From: Armatimonadota bacterium
GTDB taxonomy: Bacteria; Sysuimicrobiota; Sysuimicrobiia; Sysuimicrobiales; Humicultoraceae
DNA: 32,315 nt
NCBI GenBank assembly: GCA_037446215.1
Contig: JBBIJB010000023.1
Span: 1 to 32,315, forward strand
Reading direction: 5' to 3'
Below the pieces are notes generated by a model, which was not told the origin of the DNA, did not search any database, and saw nothing but the letters and a program-made list of their open reading frames with translations. Shown here piece after piece: positions 7,638 through 16,763 of this stretch. A program made the position numbers and the translations under genes. Position 1 is the first letter of the stretch. Every line of letters starts with the position of its first letter.

Positions 7638-8573
7638 ATGCTTGACAGACGCGCACTGGAAGGGCTGATCCCAGCGATAGTGACGCCGATGAAGGCCGAC
7701 TACCAGGTCGACGAGGGAGCGCTGCGGGAGTACCTCGGGTGGATCGCGGGTCAGGGGCCATCCGCCATAGCGATCAACACCGACGCGGGCGAAGGGCCTC
7801 ACATGACAGCCGAGGAGAAGCGCAGGAACCTCCTCGTCGCGTCCGACCTCCTCGGGGGGCGCCTCCCCCTGGTGGCGGGGCTCGGCGCCCCGAACACCGC
7901 GCTCGCGGTCGAGGCGGCCAAGGAGGCCCGCGACTCCGGCGCCTCGGCGCTGCTGGTCTTCCCCCTGACGGCGTTCCGGGGCGCCAGAGGCGAGGACGGT
8001 GTGATAGTCACCTACCACGAGGCGGTGGCGAGCGTCGGGCTACCAATGGTCATATTCCAGCTCCAGCCCGCACTCGGCGGTACCGAGTATCCGTCGGAGA
8101 CGCTCGCGCGGCTGGTCGAGATAGACGAGGTCGTCGCCATCAAGGAGGCCACGTTCGATGCGGTCAAGTACACGGAGACGGTGGCGCTGTTGCGCGGCCT
8201 CCGGAAGCGGATTGCCGTCCTGACGGGAAACGACAACTTCATCCTGGAGTCGTTCGTCCTCGGGGGCGACGGCGCGCTGATCGGGATGGGTGCTGTGGCC
8301 ACCCGGGAGCAGGCCGAGATGATCGCCGCAGCCAAACGGCACGACATGAACGAGGCGTTCAGGATCTACGACAGTCTTCAGCCGCTGATCAGGTGCGCCT
8401 TCGCCCAGCCGGTGCGGGACTACCGCGGGCGGATCAAGGAGGCGCTCGTGGCGCTCGGGGTGATACCGTCTGCCGTGGTGCGCCCGCCTCTGCAACCCAT
8501 CGGCGAGGCCACGCGCGCCGAGATCCGCGAGGCGCTGTCCGCGGCCGGAATACTGCCTGGAAAGGTAAGGTGA
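7638..8573 (+). CDS. Dihydrodipicolinate synthase/NAL superfamily protein with non-canonical active site (not DapA)
   Basis: GLIPAIVTP, xxAGE, VVAIKEA (Schiff-base Lys), TGND, GGDGALIG and VRPPL motifs. Confidence 0.88.
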   Translation: MLDRRALEGLIPAIVTPMKADYQVDEGALREYLGWIAGQGPSAIAINTDAGEGPHMTAEEKRRNLLVASDLLGGRLPLVAGLGAPNTALAVEAAKEARDSGASALLVFPLTAFRGARGEDGVIVTYHEAVASVGLPMVIFQLQPALGGTEYPSETLARLVEIDEVVAIKEATFDAVKYTETVALLRGLRKRIAVLTGNDNFILESFVLGGDGALIGMGAVATREQAEMIAAAKRHDMNEAFRIYDSLQPLIRCAFAQPVRDYRGRIKEALVALGVIPSAVVRPPLQPIGEATRAEIREALSAAGILPGKVR

Positions 8574-8577
8574 GGAG

Positions 8578-9693
8578 ATGCCCAAACCGTTCCTGATAAG
8601 TGTACTGGGGACCGGGCGGATGACCGCCCTACACCTCAGAGCCCTGCAGAACCTCGCGGCAGCAGGCATCACAGGGCCGGAGGGCGCCGTGGAGCCGCGG
8701 GTTCTGCTCTACGGCAGGGACCCGGCCAAGATCGCCGCGCTTGAAGCCACCCATCCGGTGGTTGTCGGCACGACCACCGACCTGGATGAGGCTACCGGCA
8801 GACCGGATGTCGAGGCCGTGGACAACTGCCTGACCAACGTCCTCCACTTCGGTCCGTTGATGAAGGCCGTCGAGGGGGGCAAGCACGCCTTCACCGACAA
8901 GCCCCTCGGCATGACCGTCGAGGAGGGAGCCGAGCTCCTGGCCGCCGCAAGGCGGCGCGGCGTAACCCACGGGATAATCCAGAACATGCGCTTCCAGCCG
9001 GGGCCGGTCGCGGCCAAGCGGCTCCTCGATGAGGGGGGGCTTGGCGACATCCACCACGCGCGGGTGGTCTTCGGCTACTTCGTACCGCGCCCCACCTCCA
9101 ACCGCCCGTCGTGGTTCTACAGACAGGCGGAGGCGGGCGGCGGCGTGGTGCACGACATGATGGCCCACTTCTTCGATCTCTGGGAGAGCCTGCTGGGGCC
9201 GATCGAGACCCTCCACTGCTTCATGCGCACATGCATGGGAGAGCGCCTGGACGAGTCGGGGATGCCGTTCAACGTCGACGTCGAGGACGCGGCCACGGTG
9301 AGCGTGCGCTTCCGAAGCGGGGCGCTTGGGAATGCCTTCATCAGCTGGGTGCGGCGTCAGTACCAGCCCGTGCCCCAGTTCGAGATAGACGGCTCGCTTG
9401 GCAGCGCCGTCTTCGACCTGCAGGGACTGCGGACCAGCATCGGCGACTCCACGCTGTTCCGCTACGACCCGACGCGAAAGCAGGATCCAAGCCTCGCGGA
9501 CTGGGAGGTAGCTGCCACGAGGCCCTCCGATCCGTTCGAGGTCCAGCTCCGCGAGTTCATCGAAGCCGCGGTGGGACGCCGGCAGCCGCTCCCCAACTGG
9601 GGACACGCGGTGAGGGCGATGCGGCTGATCGAGGCGGCCTACGAGTCGGTCAGGACAGGCCAGGCGGTCGAAGCGCCGCGGGAGGCACCGTGA
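8578..9693 (+). CDS. Gfo/Idh/MocA family oxidoreductase
   Basis: Rossmann GTGRM, GKHAFTDKP, NMRFQP, GGGVVHDMMAH and VEDAA motifs. Confidence 0.88.
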   Translation: MPKPFLISVLGTGRMTALHLRALQNLAAAGITGPEGAVEPRVLLYGRDPAKIAALEATHPVVVGTTTDLDEATGRPDVEAVDNCLTNVLHFGPLMKAVEGGKHAFTDKPLGMTVEEGAELLAAARRRGVTHGIIQNMRFQPGPVAAKRLLDEGGLGDIHHARVVFGYFVPRPTSNRPSWFYRQAEAGGGVVHDMMAHFFDLWESLLGPIETLHCFMRTCMGERLDESGMPFNVDVEDAATVSVRFRSGALGNAFISWVRRQYQPVPQFEIDGSLGSAVFDLQGLRTSIGDSTLFRYDPTRKQDPSLADWEVAATRPSDPFEVQLREFIEAAVGRRQPLPNWGHAVRAMRLIEAAYESVRTGQAVEAPREAP

Positions 9694-10082
9694 TCCACAA
9701 GATACAGATCGACGAGATCGCCCCCCGGGTGTTCCCGGCCGGGCGCGCGACGCGGATAGTCGCCGGCGTGGCGGGCCTGCCGTCGGGCCAGTTTGCCATG
9801 GGGCATACAACCGTCTACCCTGGGGGTAGCGTCCCGGGGCACAGCCACCCAAACGAGGAGATCTACGTGGTCCTCCAGGGAGAAGGCCAGATCACGGTGT
9901 CCGGTACGACGCTCGAGGTCGAGCCCGGCACCGCTGTCTACATGCCCCCCGGAGAGGAGCACGAGCTCCGTAACCCAGGCAGCAGCAACCTGGTCTTCAT
10001 GTGGGTCTACGCCCCGGCCACGGTGGTTTCGCACTGGGCCGAGGAGTCAGGCGGAGGAGAAGAGGGGAGGAAGCAACGATGA
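9690..10082 (+). CDS. Cupin_2 domain protein
   Basis: GTG 9690 overlaps the upstream stop, with GGAGG RBS. PGGSVPGHSHPNEEIYVVLQG...PPGEEHELRN is the cupin metal motif. Confidence 0.88.
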   Translation: MIHKIQIDEIAPRVFPAGRATRIVAGVAGLPSGQFAMGHTTVYPGGSVPGHSHPNEEIYVVLQGEGQITVSGTTLEVEPGTAVYMPPGEEHELRNPGSSNLVFMWVYAPATVVSHWAEESGGGEEGRKQR

Positions 10083-11092
10083 GGAAGCTGGTCTTGGCCA
10101 TCGTACTGCTCGCCCTGGTGGCAGGCGCCGCCGGCACAGGAGCAGTGGTTGCGGGTCCCGCGCCCTGGAGGGCCGCGAGGCCGATCACGGTGATCGTGCC
10201 CTGGGCAGCCGGCGGCTCTACCGACATGACGGCCCGCGTGCTCTCCAGCCAGATGGAGAAGCACCTCGGACAGCGGATCGTCATAATCAATACGCCGGGC
10301 GGAGGCGGCTCGATCGGCATGAAGGAGGCCTGGGACAAGCCGCGCGACGGCTACACCTGGACCGCCAACTCCAGCACCGCGGCGATCAGCTACGCCGTGC
10401 TCGGGCAGCTCGACCTGACGCACCGCGACTGGCTGTACTTCTACATCCTCTACGCCCCAAACGTGATCGCTGTGAGAGTGGACTCGCCGATAAGGGACGT
10501 GAAGGGGTTGGTCGACGCGATGAAGGCCCGCCCCGGGGCGGTCACGGTGTCGTCGGCCGGCGCTGGAAGCTCCGGACACCTGGCCTCGGAGACCTTCCGG
10601 CTCGCCGCGGGCACGACCTACCGCCACGTGGCATACGCCGGCGGTGCCCCGGCCGTGGTGGCGGCGGTGGCCGGTGAGGTTGAGGCGGTCATGCAGCTCT
10701 CAATGGAGGCGGCCGAGATGCTGAGGGCCAAGCGGCTGCGCGCCCTCGCGGTGACCTCCAGCACCCCTCTCGAACTGGACGGGTACGGGGTAATACCCGC
10801 CGTGACGACAGCGATACCTAACTTCCCGGAGACCGGCTCCTACTTCGGGATCATGGTCCCCAGGGACATGCCTCCCGCGGTAGTGGCGGCCATCGATGAG
10901 GCGTTCCAGCAGGGCGGCGACACATTCACGCTCAGGAGCTTCGCCAAGCACGTGGGCGTGGCGCACGTGGTCATCTCCGGCAGGCGGGCGGCAGACCTCA
11001 CCGAGGCCAAGGCACGACGTGTGGCATGGACCCTGTTCGACGCGGGGCTGGCCAGGAGGTCCCCGGCCGACCTCGGCATTCCGAAGCCGTGA
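10079..11092 (+). CDS. tctC: Tripartite tricarboxylate transporter substrate-binding protein (TctC/Bug)
   Basis: Signal peptide MRKLVLAIVLLALVAG, IVPWAAGGSTD, NTPGGGGSIG, DGYT, GAGSSGHL and YAGGAPA motifs. Confidence 0.9.
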   Translation: MRKLVLAIVLLALVAGAAGTGAVVAGPAPWRAARPITVIVPWAAGGSTDMTARVLSSQMEKHLGQRIVIINTPGGGGSIGMKEAWDKPRDGYTWTANSSTAAISYAVLGQLDLTHRDWLYFYILYAPNVIAVRVDSPIRDVKGLVDAMKARPGAVTVSSAGAGSSGHLASETFRLAAGTTYRHVAYAGGAPAVVAAVAGEVEAVMQLSMEAAEMLRAKRLRALAVTSSTPLELDGYGVIPAVTTAIPNFPETGSYFGIMVPRDMPPAVVAAIDEAFQQGGDTFTLRSFAKHVGVAHVVISGRRAADLTEAKARRVAWTLFDAGLARRSPADLGIPKP

Positions 11093-11637
11093 GCGCTCCC
11101 ACGACAACTCCTGGGAGGGTGCCCGGGGTAGGCTCGCCGCCTACCCGGGCTTCCTCTCCCCGCCGGGCCGCAGCCGCCGACGCAGTTGCGGGTGCGGTCA
11201 TCGGGGCCCTGGCCGGCGCCTTCCTGCTCACCGCCCTCAGGATGCCCCCCAGCACGCTCCACTGGACGTGGTACAACGCGCCCGGCTTCGTCCCGGCGGT
11301 GCTGGCCTCCGCTCTCCTGGCGCAGGCTACGTTCCTGCTGATCCGCGGGCTGCTCCGGGCGTCGCGAACCCCGATCGAGAAGGGCGGCGGGAACGAGTGG
11401 GTGCAGGCGGTCGCCAGGTGGGGGCTTGGGCGGGTTGCGCTGACCCTGTGCCTGGCCCTGGGCTTCGTCGTCTTGATGGGCCGAGTGCCGTTCCCGATCC
11501 TGACCGCGGCCTTCGTCTTCGCCTTCACGGTCGCCTTCCGGGGGACGCAGCCCTTCAAGGCGGGCATCGTCGCGGTGGGCACGGCCGTCACGGTCTCATG
11601 GGTCTTCACCAGACTGTTCCTGGTTCCGCTGCCGTAG
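11089..11637 (+). CDS. tctB: Tripartite tricarboxylate transporter small membrane subunit (TctB)
   Basis: 4-5 TM helices, PGFVP motif, C-terminal F..LFLVPLP. Lies between tctC and tctA with a GTGA overlap. Confidence 0.82.
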   Translation: MSAPTTTPGRVPGVGSPPTRASSPRRAAAADAVAGAVIGALAGAFLLTALRMPPSTLHWTWYNAPGFVPAVLASALLAQATFLLIRGLLRASRTPIEKGGGNEWVQAVARWGLGRVALTLCLALGFVVLMGRVPFPILTAAFVFAFTVAFRGTQPFKAGIVAVGTAVTVSWVFTRLFLVPLP

Positions 11638-11641
11638 CGCC

Positions 11642-13150
11642 ATGAATCCCTGGACCCTTCTTGTGGAGTTCCTGAGGATCGTTACCGACCCGGTCATGGT
11701 GGTGCTCGTCTTCCTCGGCGCCCAGGTCGGTATCATCTTCGGCATGTTGCCGGGCCTGACCGCCACCATGGCCCTCTCGCTCCTGACCGGCCTCACCTTC
11801 GGACTCCCGGTCGAAAGGGCCATCGCGGTGCTGATCGCGACCTATGTCGGCGCCATAACAGGGGGCAGCCGCTCGGCTGTGCTGATAAACATTCCGGGCA
11901 CGCCTGCTCAGGCGGCGGTCTGCCTCGACGGCTTCCCGCTCGCCATGAAGGGACGGGCCGCCGAGGCGATCGGCATCGCGGTGACCGCCTCCACATTAGG
12001 CACACTCATAGGGGTGTCGATGCTCGCGGTCTTCGCGCCCCTGCTGGGCCAGATCGCGCTGAAGTTTGGAAGCTGGGAGTTCTTCTGGCTGGCGATCTTC
12101 GGCATAACAATAGCCGGCAGCCTCACCGCTCCCTCGGACCCGATCAAGGGTTGGATGGCGGGATTCGTGGGCCTGCTGCTTGCCACGGTCGGCCTTGACG
12201 GCATACACGCCTACCCGCGGTTCACCTTCGGTCGGGTGGAGCTGCAGGGCGGGTTCGCCCTGATCCCGGTGCTCGTCGGCGCCTACGGCGTTGCCGAGGT
12301 CCTTGGTGTGATGCGCAGGGACGAGCGATTCACCATCGAGACGCGCCTAGATCGAGTCCTTCCCCGCGTGCGCGAGGTAGTACGGCACTGGCGCCACATT
12401 GCGCGCTCGGGGATCGTCGGCACGGTGATAGGCGCCATCCCAGGCGTGGGCGAGGACATCGCCTCATGGGTATCCTACGACACCGCCAAGCGCACCGCCC
12501 GCAACCCTGAGCAGTTCGGACAGGGAGCGATCGAGGGGCTAATCGCCGCCGAAACGGGTGACAACGCGTGCATCGGCGGTGCCACGATCCCCGTGCTCAC
12601 CCTCGGCGTCCCCGGGAGCGCACCGGCGGCGGTGCTGCTGGCGGCGCTGACCATACACGGCCTGCAGCCCGGCCCGCTCTTGGCGCTCAAGCACCCGCAC
12701 GTGGTCGGCCAGATCGTGGCTGTCTTCGTGGCCGCGACGCTGGCGGTGTTCCTGCTGAGCCTCACGCTGGTCAGGCCGATGGTGCGCATACTGCTGATCC
12801 CCAGGCCGGCGCTTATGCCGATAGTGTACGTCCTGGCCGTCGTGGGGAGCTTCGCGATAGCGGCGCGCCAGTTCGACGTCTACGTCATGCTTGCGTTCGG
12901 CCTGCTCGGGTTCCTGATGCAGTCGGCGGGCTTCCCGATTGCGCCCCTGGTTCTGGGATTCATACTGGGCCCGATGGCGGACGACAACCTGAGGAGAGCC
13001 CTCACTCTGACCGCGGGGGACCCCACGCCATTCTTCACCCGTCCAATATCGCTGATCCTGCTCTCGCTGTCGGTGTTGACGGTGCTGGGGCGCACCCCGG
13101 CCGCCGGCTGGGCAGCCAGGACGATCAGGTCCGTCCTGGGAAGGCGATGA
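11642..13150 (+). CDS. tctA: Tripartite tricarboxylate transporter large membrane subunit (TctA)
   Basis: GMLPGL, YVGAITGGSRSAVLINIPGTP..LDG, GAIPGVG, LTLGVPGS, GLQPGP and PLVLGFILG motifs. 502 aa. Confidence 0.93.
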   Translation: MNPWTLLVEFLRIVTDPVMVVLVFLGAQVGIIFGMLPGLTATMALSLLTGLTFGLPVERAIAVLIATYVGAITGGSRSAVLINIPGTPAQAAVCLDGFPLAMKGRAAEAIGIAVTASTLGTLIGVSMLAVFAPLLGQIALKFGSWEFFWLAIFGITIAGSLTAPSDPIKGWMAGFVGLLLATVGLDGIHAYPRFTFGRVELQGGFALIPVLVGAYGVAEVLGVMRRDERFTIETRLDRVLPRVREVVRHWRHIARSGIVGTVIGAIPGVGEDIASWVSYDTAKRTARNPEQFGQGAIEGLIAAETGDNACIGGATIPVLTLGVPGSAPAAVLLAALTIHGLQPGPLLALKHPHVVGQIVAVFVAATLAVFLLSLTLVRPMVRILLIPRPALMPIVYVLAVVGSFAIAARQFDVYVMLAFGLLGFLMQSAGFPIAPLVLGFILGPMADDNLRRALTLTAGDPTPFFTRPISLILLSLSVLTVLGRTPAAGWAARTIRSVLGRR

Positions 13151-13192
13151 GGGGCGCCGGGCGCCCGCCGGAGTGAGAGAGGAGTGTGACGG

Positions 13193-14380
13193 ATGACCAA
13201 GATAGGATTGGTTGGCGCCGGCTTCGTAGCGGAGATCCACGCCCACGCCTTTGGGAGTTGCAGAGGGCGCGCCACGGTGGCGGCGGTCTGCGCCTCAAGG
13301 CCGGAGCGCGCCCGTGCTTTCGCGGACCGGTTCGGCATACCTGCTACGGTGTCCGGCTTCGAGGAGATGCTCGGCCGGGAGGACATCGACGCGGTTGACC
13401 TGTGCGTGCCGAACAACCTGCATGCTGGGATGGCGGTGCAGGCGGCAAGAGCGGGAAAGCACGTCATCGTCGAGAAGCCGCTGACCGGGTACTTCGGAGA
13501 GGGGTCGGAAGAGGAGCTGGTGGGCGACGCCGTCCCGAAGAGGGAGATGTGGGCGGTGGCGCGGGCCAGCGCGCGGGCAGTGCTGAACGCCGTCCGGGAG
13601 GCCGGGGTGCGCCTCTGCTACGCCGAGAACTTCGTCTATGCCCCACCGGTGGAGAGGATCAGGCGGTTCATGCGGCGCAGCGGGGGCGCGGTCCTGGACC
13701 TGCGTGCCGAGGAGAGCCACTCGGGATCTCACGCGGACTACTCGAGGCTCTGGAGGCGCTCGGGCGGCGGGTCGTTCCTGAGGATGGGTTCGCACCCGGT
13801 GGGGGCAGTACTGCACCTGAAGGCCTACGAGGGACAGATCCGGACCGGCAGACCCTACCGTCCCCAGTGGGTGACCGCGGAGACGGCGAGGCTTACATCG
13901 TCAGAGGCGTTCAAAGGCCAGGAGGAGCGCTTCATTGTAGACGCCTGGAAGGACGTGGAGGACTGGTCGACGGCCATCATCGGGTTCGACGACGGCACGC
14001 GGGCGACCGTCTTCGCCACCGACGTCTCCCTGGGAGGCGTGAAGAACCTCATCCAGGTCTTCATGACAAACGCCGTCCTGTACGCGAACATCAACCCGAA
14101 CAGCTCGGTGATGACCTACGCTCCCAACGACAGGATCCTCTCGGGGGAGTACATCGCCGAGAAGGTTGAGACCAGTGCCGGCTGGCAGTACGTCTCTCCC
14201 GACGAGGACTGGATGCGCGGATACCCCCAGGAGATGGATGACTTCGTCTCGGCGATCGAGGAGGGACGAGAGCCGCTCTCCGGGGCCGAGCTCGCATACG
14301 ATGTGGTCGACGTGATCTACGCCGGGTACCTCTCTGCCGAGGAAGGCAGGCGGGTGGCGATCAAGGAGGATCTTGGGTGA
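13193..14380 (+). CDS. Gfo/Idh/MocA family oxidoreductase
   Basis: IGLVGAGFVA, GKHVIVEKP, YAENFVYAP, GGGSFLRMGSHP and DVEDW motifs. Confidence 0.9.
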   Translation: MTKIGLVGAGFVAEIHAHAFGSCRGRATVAAVCASRPERARAFADRFGIPATVSGFEEMLGREDIDAVDLCVPNNLHAGMAVQAARAGKHVIVEKPLTGYFGEGSEEELVGDAVPKREMWAVARASARAVLNAVREAGVRLCYAENFVYAPPVERIRRFMRRSGGAVLDLRAEESHSGSHADYSRLWRRSGGGSFLRMGSHPVGAVLHLKAYEGQIRTGRPYRPQWVTAETARLTSSEAFKGQEERFIVDAWKDVEDWSTAIIGFDDGTRATVFATDVSLGGVKNLIQVFMTNAVLYANINPNSSVMTYAPNDRILSGEYIAEKVETSAGWQYVSPDEDWMRGYPQEMDDFVSAIEEGREPLSGAELAYDVVDVIYAGYLSAEEGRRVAIKEDLG

Positions 14381-16017
14381 TGGCTCCCTCTCGACGGGAG
14401 GAGATCAAGCGGCTCCAGCGGGGCCTGGACGTGCTCGTGATAGGTGGCGGCATCACCGGCGCGGGCGTCGCACTCGACGCGGCGACTCGCGGCTACAGCG
14501 TCGGGCTAGTGGAGCGGCGCGACTACGCGAGCGCCACGAGCAGCCGCTCGACAAAGTTGGTCCACGGCGGGATCCGATATCTGCCCCAGGGCCACCTCGC
14601 CCTCGTGAAGGAGGGTGTGCGGGAGCGAGCCAGGCTGCTCCGAGTCGCGCCCCACATCGTCCGTCCCCTGAGGTTCATCGTCCCGCTCTACCGCGAGACG
14701 CGAAGGCCGCTGGGAGTCCGCATCCCGGCGCTCCTGGCGCCGTTCGCCCCCCTCGGCATACGGATGGGCCTTACCGCCTACGACTTCTTCGCGCGGAGCC
14801 CGCAACTCCGCCACCAGTCGCTCTCGCGCGCCAGGCTTCGGGAGGAGGCGCCGGATCTCCGCACCGAGGGGCTGCGGGCGGCGCTCGCCTACTACGATGC
14901 CCGCACCGACGATGTCAGGCTCACGCACGCCGTCCTGGCGACGGCGCGCGCATTCGGGGCGACGACCCTGAACTACGCCGATGCGGTCGGGATCATGCGC
15001 AGCGGAGACGCGACATGCGGAGCGCGGGTCGTCGACCGGCAAGGCGGCGGCACGATCGAGGTGGGTGCCCGCTTCGTGGTCAACGCGACGGGCATCTGGG
15101 GCGAGCAGGTCGCCTCCCTCGAGCGGTCCCCGGGGTTCCGCATCAAGCACAGCAGCGGAGCCCACGCCGTGCTGCGCCCGGGGTCGGTCAAGCTATCGTC
15201 GGCACTGGTGATCCCCGAGACCGACGATGGGAGGCTGGCTTTCATCGTTCCGTGGGCGGGCAGGTACGTGCTCGGAACCACCGATGATGCCTACACGGGG
15301 GACCTCGAGGCTCCGGCAGCCACGGGGCGGGAGATCGACTACCTTATTGAGCACGCGAACCGTTACCTGGACCGCAGGATAGGCCGTGGTGATGTGACGG
15401 CCGCGTTCTCCGGAGTCCGACCGCTGGTCGCCGCCTCCGGGCCGACCGCGGCGCTGGCGCGCGACCACCACGTCGAGGTCTCGCCCGCGGGTCTGATCAG
15501 CATCGTGGGCGGCAAGCTGACTGGCTACCGCAAGATGGCGGAGGACACGGTGGACGCGATCGTATCCAGGGATGGCGGGAAGAGGCCGTGCCGCACCAAG
15601 GACCTCGAACTCGCCGGCGCCTCGGGGCTGGCGGAGGCGGCGGCCGCCCTGGCCGCGCTGCCCCTGGCCGAGGATCAGAGGTCTCATCTGCTCGACTGGT
15701 ACGGCTCGAGGTGCATGGAGATCGCAGGCCTGATAAAGGGCGCGACCGGTCTCGCGGCGCGGCTGATCCCGGGCGCGGCACAGTGCCGGGCCGAGGTGAT
15801 CTTCTCGTGCCGGCACGAGGGGTCGGTTAGCCTCGCGGACTGCATGTTCCTCGGGACCAGGATAGCAAGCGTCGACGCGGAGGCGGCCGACTCCGCGGCC
15901 GGCACCGTGGCGGAGCTGATGGCACGCGAACTCGGGTGGAGCCCGGAAGAGGTCGCCCGCGAGCGGGAGGCCTATGAGGCGCGGGCCGAGGTAGAACGCG
16001 CCTGGATCCGGAGCTAG
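14377..16017 (+). CDS. glpD: FAD-dependent glycerol-3-phosphate dehydrogenase/oxidase
   Basis: DVLVIGGGITGAGVALDAATRG, TSSRSTKLVHGGIRYL, TDDVRL, NATGIW, GTTD, GVRPL, GGKLTGYRKMAE and ELGW motifs. AGGAGG RBS; start is GTG 14377 or ATG 14380. Confidence 0.92.
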   Translation: MMAPSRREEIKRLQRGLDVLVIGGGITGAGVALDAATRGYSVGLVERRDYASATSSRSTKLVHGGIRYLPQGHLALVKEGVRERARLLRVAPHIVRPLRFIVPLYRETRRPLGVRIPALLAPFAPLGIRMGLTAYDFFARSPQLRHQSLSRARLREEAPDLRTEGLRAALAYYDARTDDVRLTHAVLATARAFGATTLNYADAVGIMRSGDATCGARVVDRQGGGTIEVGARFVVNATGIWGEQVASLERSPGFRIKHSSGAHAVLRPGSVKLSSALVIPETDDGRLAFIVPWAGRYVLGTTDDAYTGDLEAPAATGREIDYLIEHANRYLDRRIGRGDVTAAFSGVRPLVAASGPTAALARDHHVEVSPAGLISIVGGKLTGYRKMAEDTVDAIVSRDGGKRPCRTKDLELAGASGLAEAAAALAALPLAEDQRSHLLDWYGSRCMEIAGLIKGATGLAARLIPGAAQCRAEVIFSCRHEGSVSLADCMFLGTRIASVDAEAADSAAGTVAELMARELGWSPEEVAREREAYEARAEVERAWIRS

Positions 16018-16763
16018 CCGGCCTGGAGTTCGCCCTGGGCCAGGAGAGCACGCAGACGGGCGGGGTGGTTGGTCATCACCCCGTCCGGTCGCATCCTGAG
16101 GACATGCGCCAGGTGCTCGGGCTCGTCAACGGTCCAGACCTCGACCCCGAGGCCCGCGGCATTGGCCGCGGTCACTAGCTCGGGCGTCAGATAGGCCCAG
16201 TGAAGGTGCAGCAACCTCGCCCCCGCCTCCTCGGCCATGCGGACGGGATTCACCAGCCTGCCAACGTACAGGACTGCCGTGGGGATATCCGGCGCCCGCG
16301 ATCGGACCTCCAGCAGCAGGGGGTGGTCAAATGAGGACACCGTCACGCGCCCGTGGTCTGCTCCTCGGATAGCGGCGACGACACGATCGGCCATGGAAGG
16401 ATAGTAGATTGGCCCGCTCTTCAGCTCCACGATCACCCTTATCGGCTCCAGCAGTCCGAGCGCCTCACCCAGGGTAGGGATCCGCTCACCCGCGAACCTC
16501 TCTCCGAACCAGGCCCCGGCGTCCAGCGCGCGCAGCTCCGCCAGGCTCTTCCCTCCGACCAGGCCTCTGCCGTCGGTAGTGCGCTCCAGGAAGGGGTCGT
16601 GAAGAACCACCGGCTCGCCGTCCGATGAGAGGTGGACGTCGAGCTCCACCGCGTCCACCCCTATCTCCAGCGCGCGCCTGAACGATGCGAGCGTGTTCTC
16701 GGGGGTCTCGGACGAAGCACCCCGGTGTCCGATCACCTGCAAGGTCGCGCCAGCACCGTTCAC
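16014..16763 (-). CDS. Cytoplasmic glycerophosphodiester phosphodiesterase (GDPD, UgpQ/GlpQ-like)
   Basis: IGHRGAS, PENTLASF, VELDV, VLHD, ELK, SSFD, VWTVD and DGVMTN motifs. No signal peptide. Confidence 0.93.
   Translation of the reverse strand: MNGAGATLQVIGHRGASSETPENTLASFRRALEIGVDAVELDVHLSSDGEPVVLHDPFLERTTDGRGLVGGKSLAELRALDAGAWFGERFAGERIPTLGEALGLLEPIRVIVELKSGPIYYPSMADRVVAAIRGADHGRVTVSSFDHPLLLEVRSRAPDIPTAVLYVGRLVNPVRMAEEAGARLLHLHWAYLTPELVTAANAAGLGVEVWTVDEPEHLAHVLRMRPDGVMTNHPARLRALLAQGELQAG

Noticed and set aside
7638..8573. Calling this gene dapA because lysA is in the window
   Set aside because: The DapA catalytic residues are absent and the context is catabolic.
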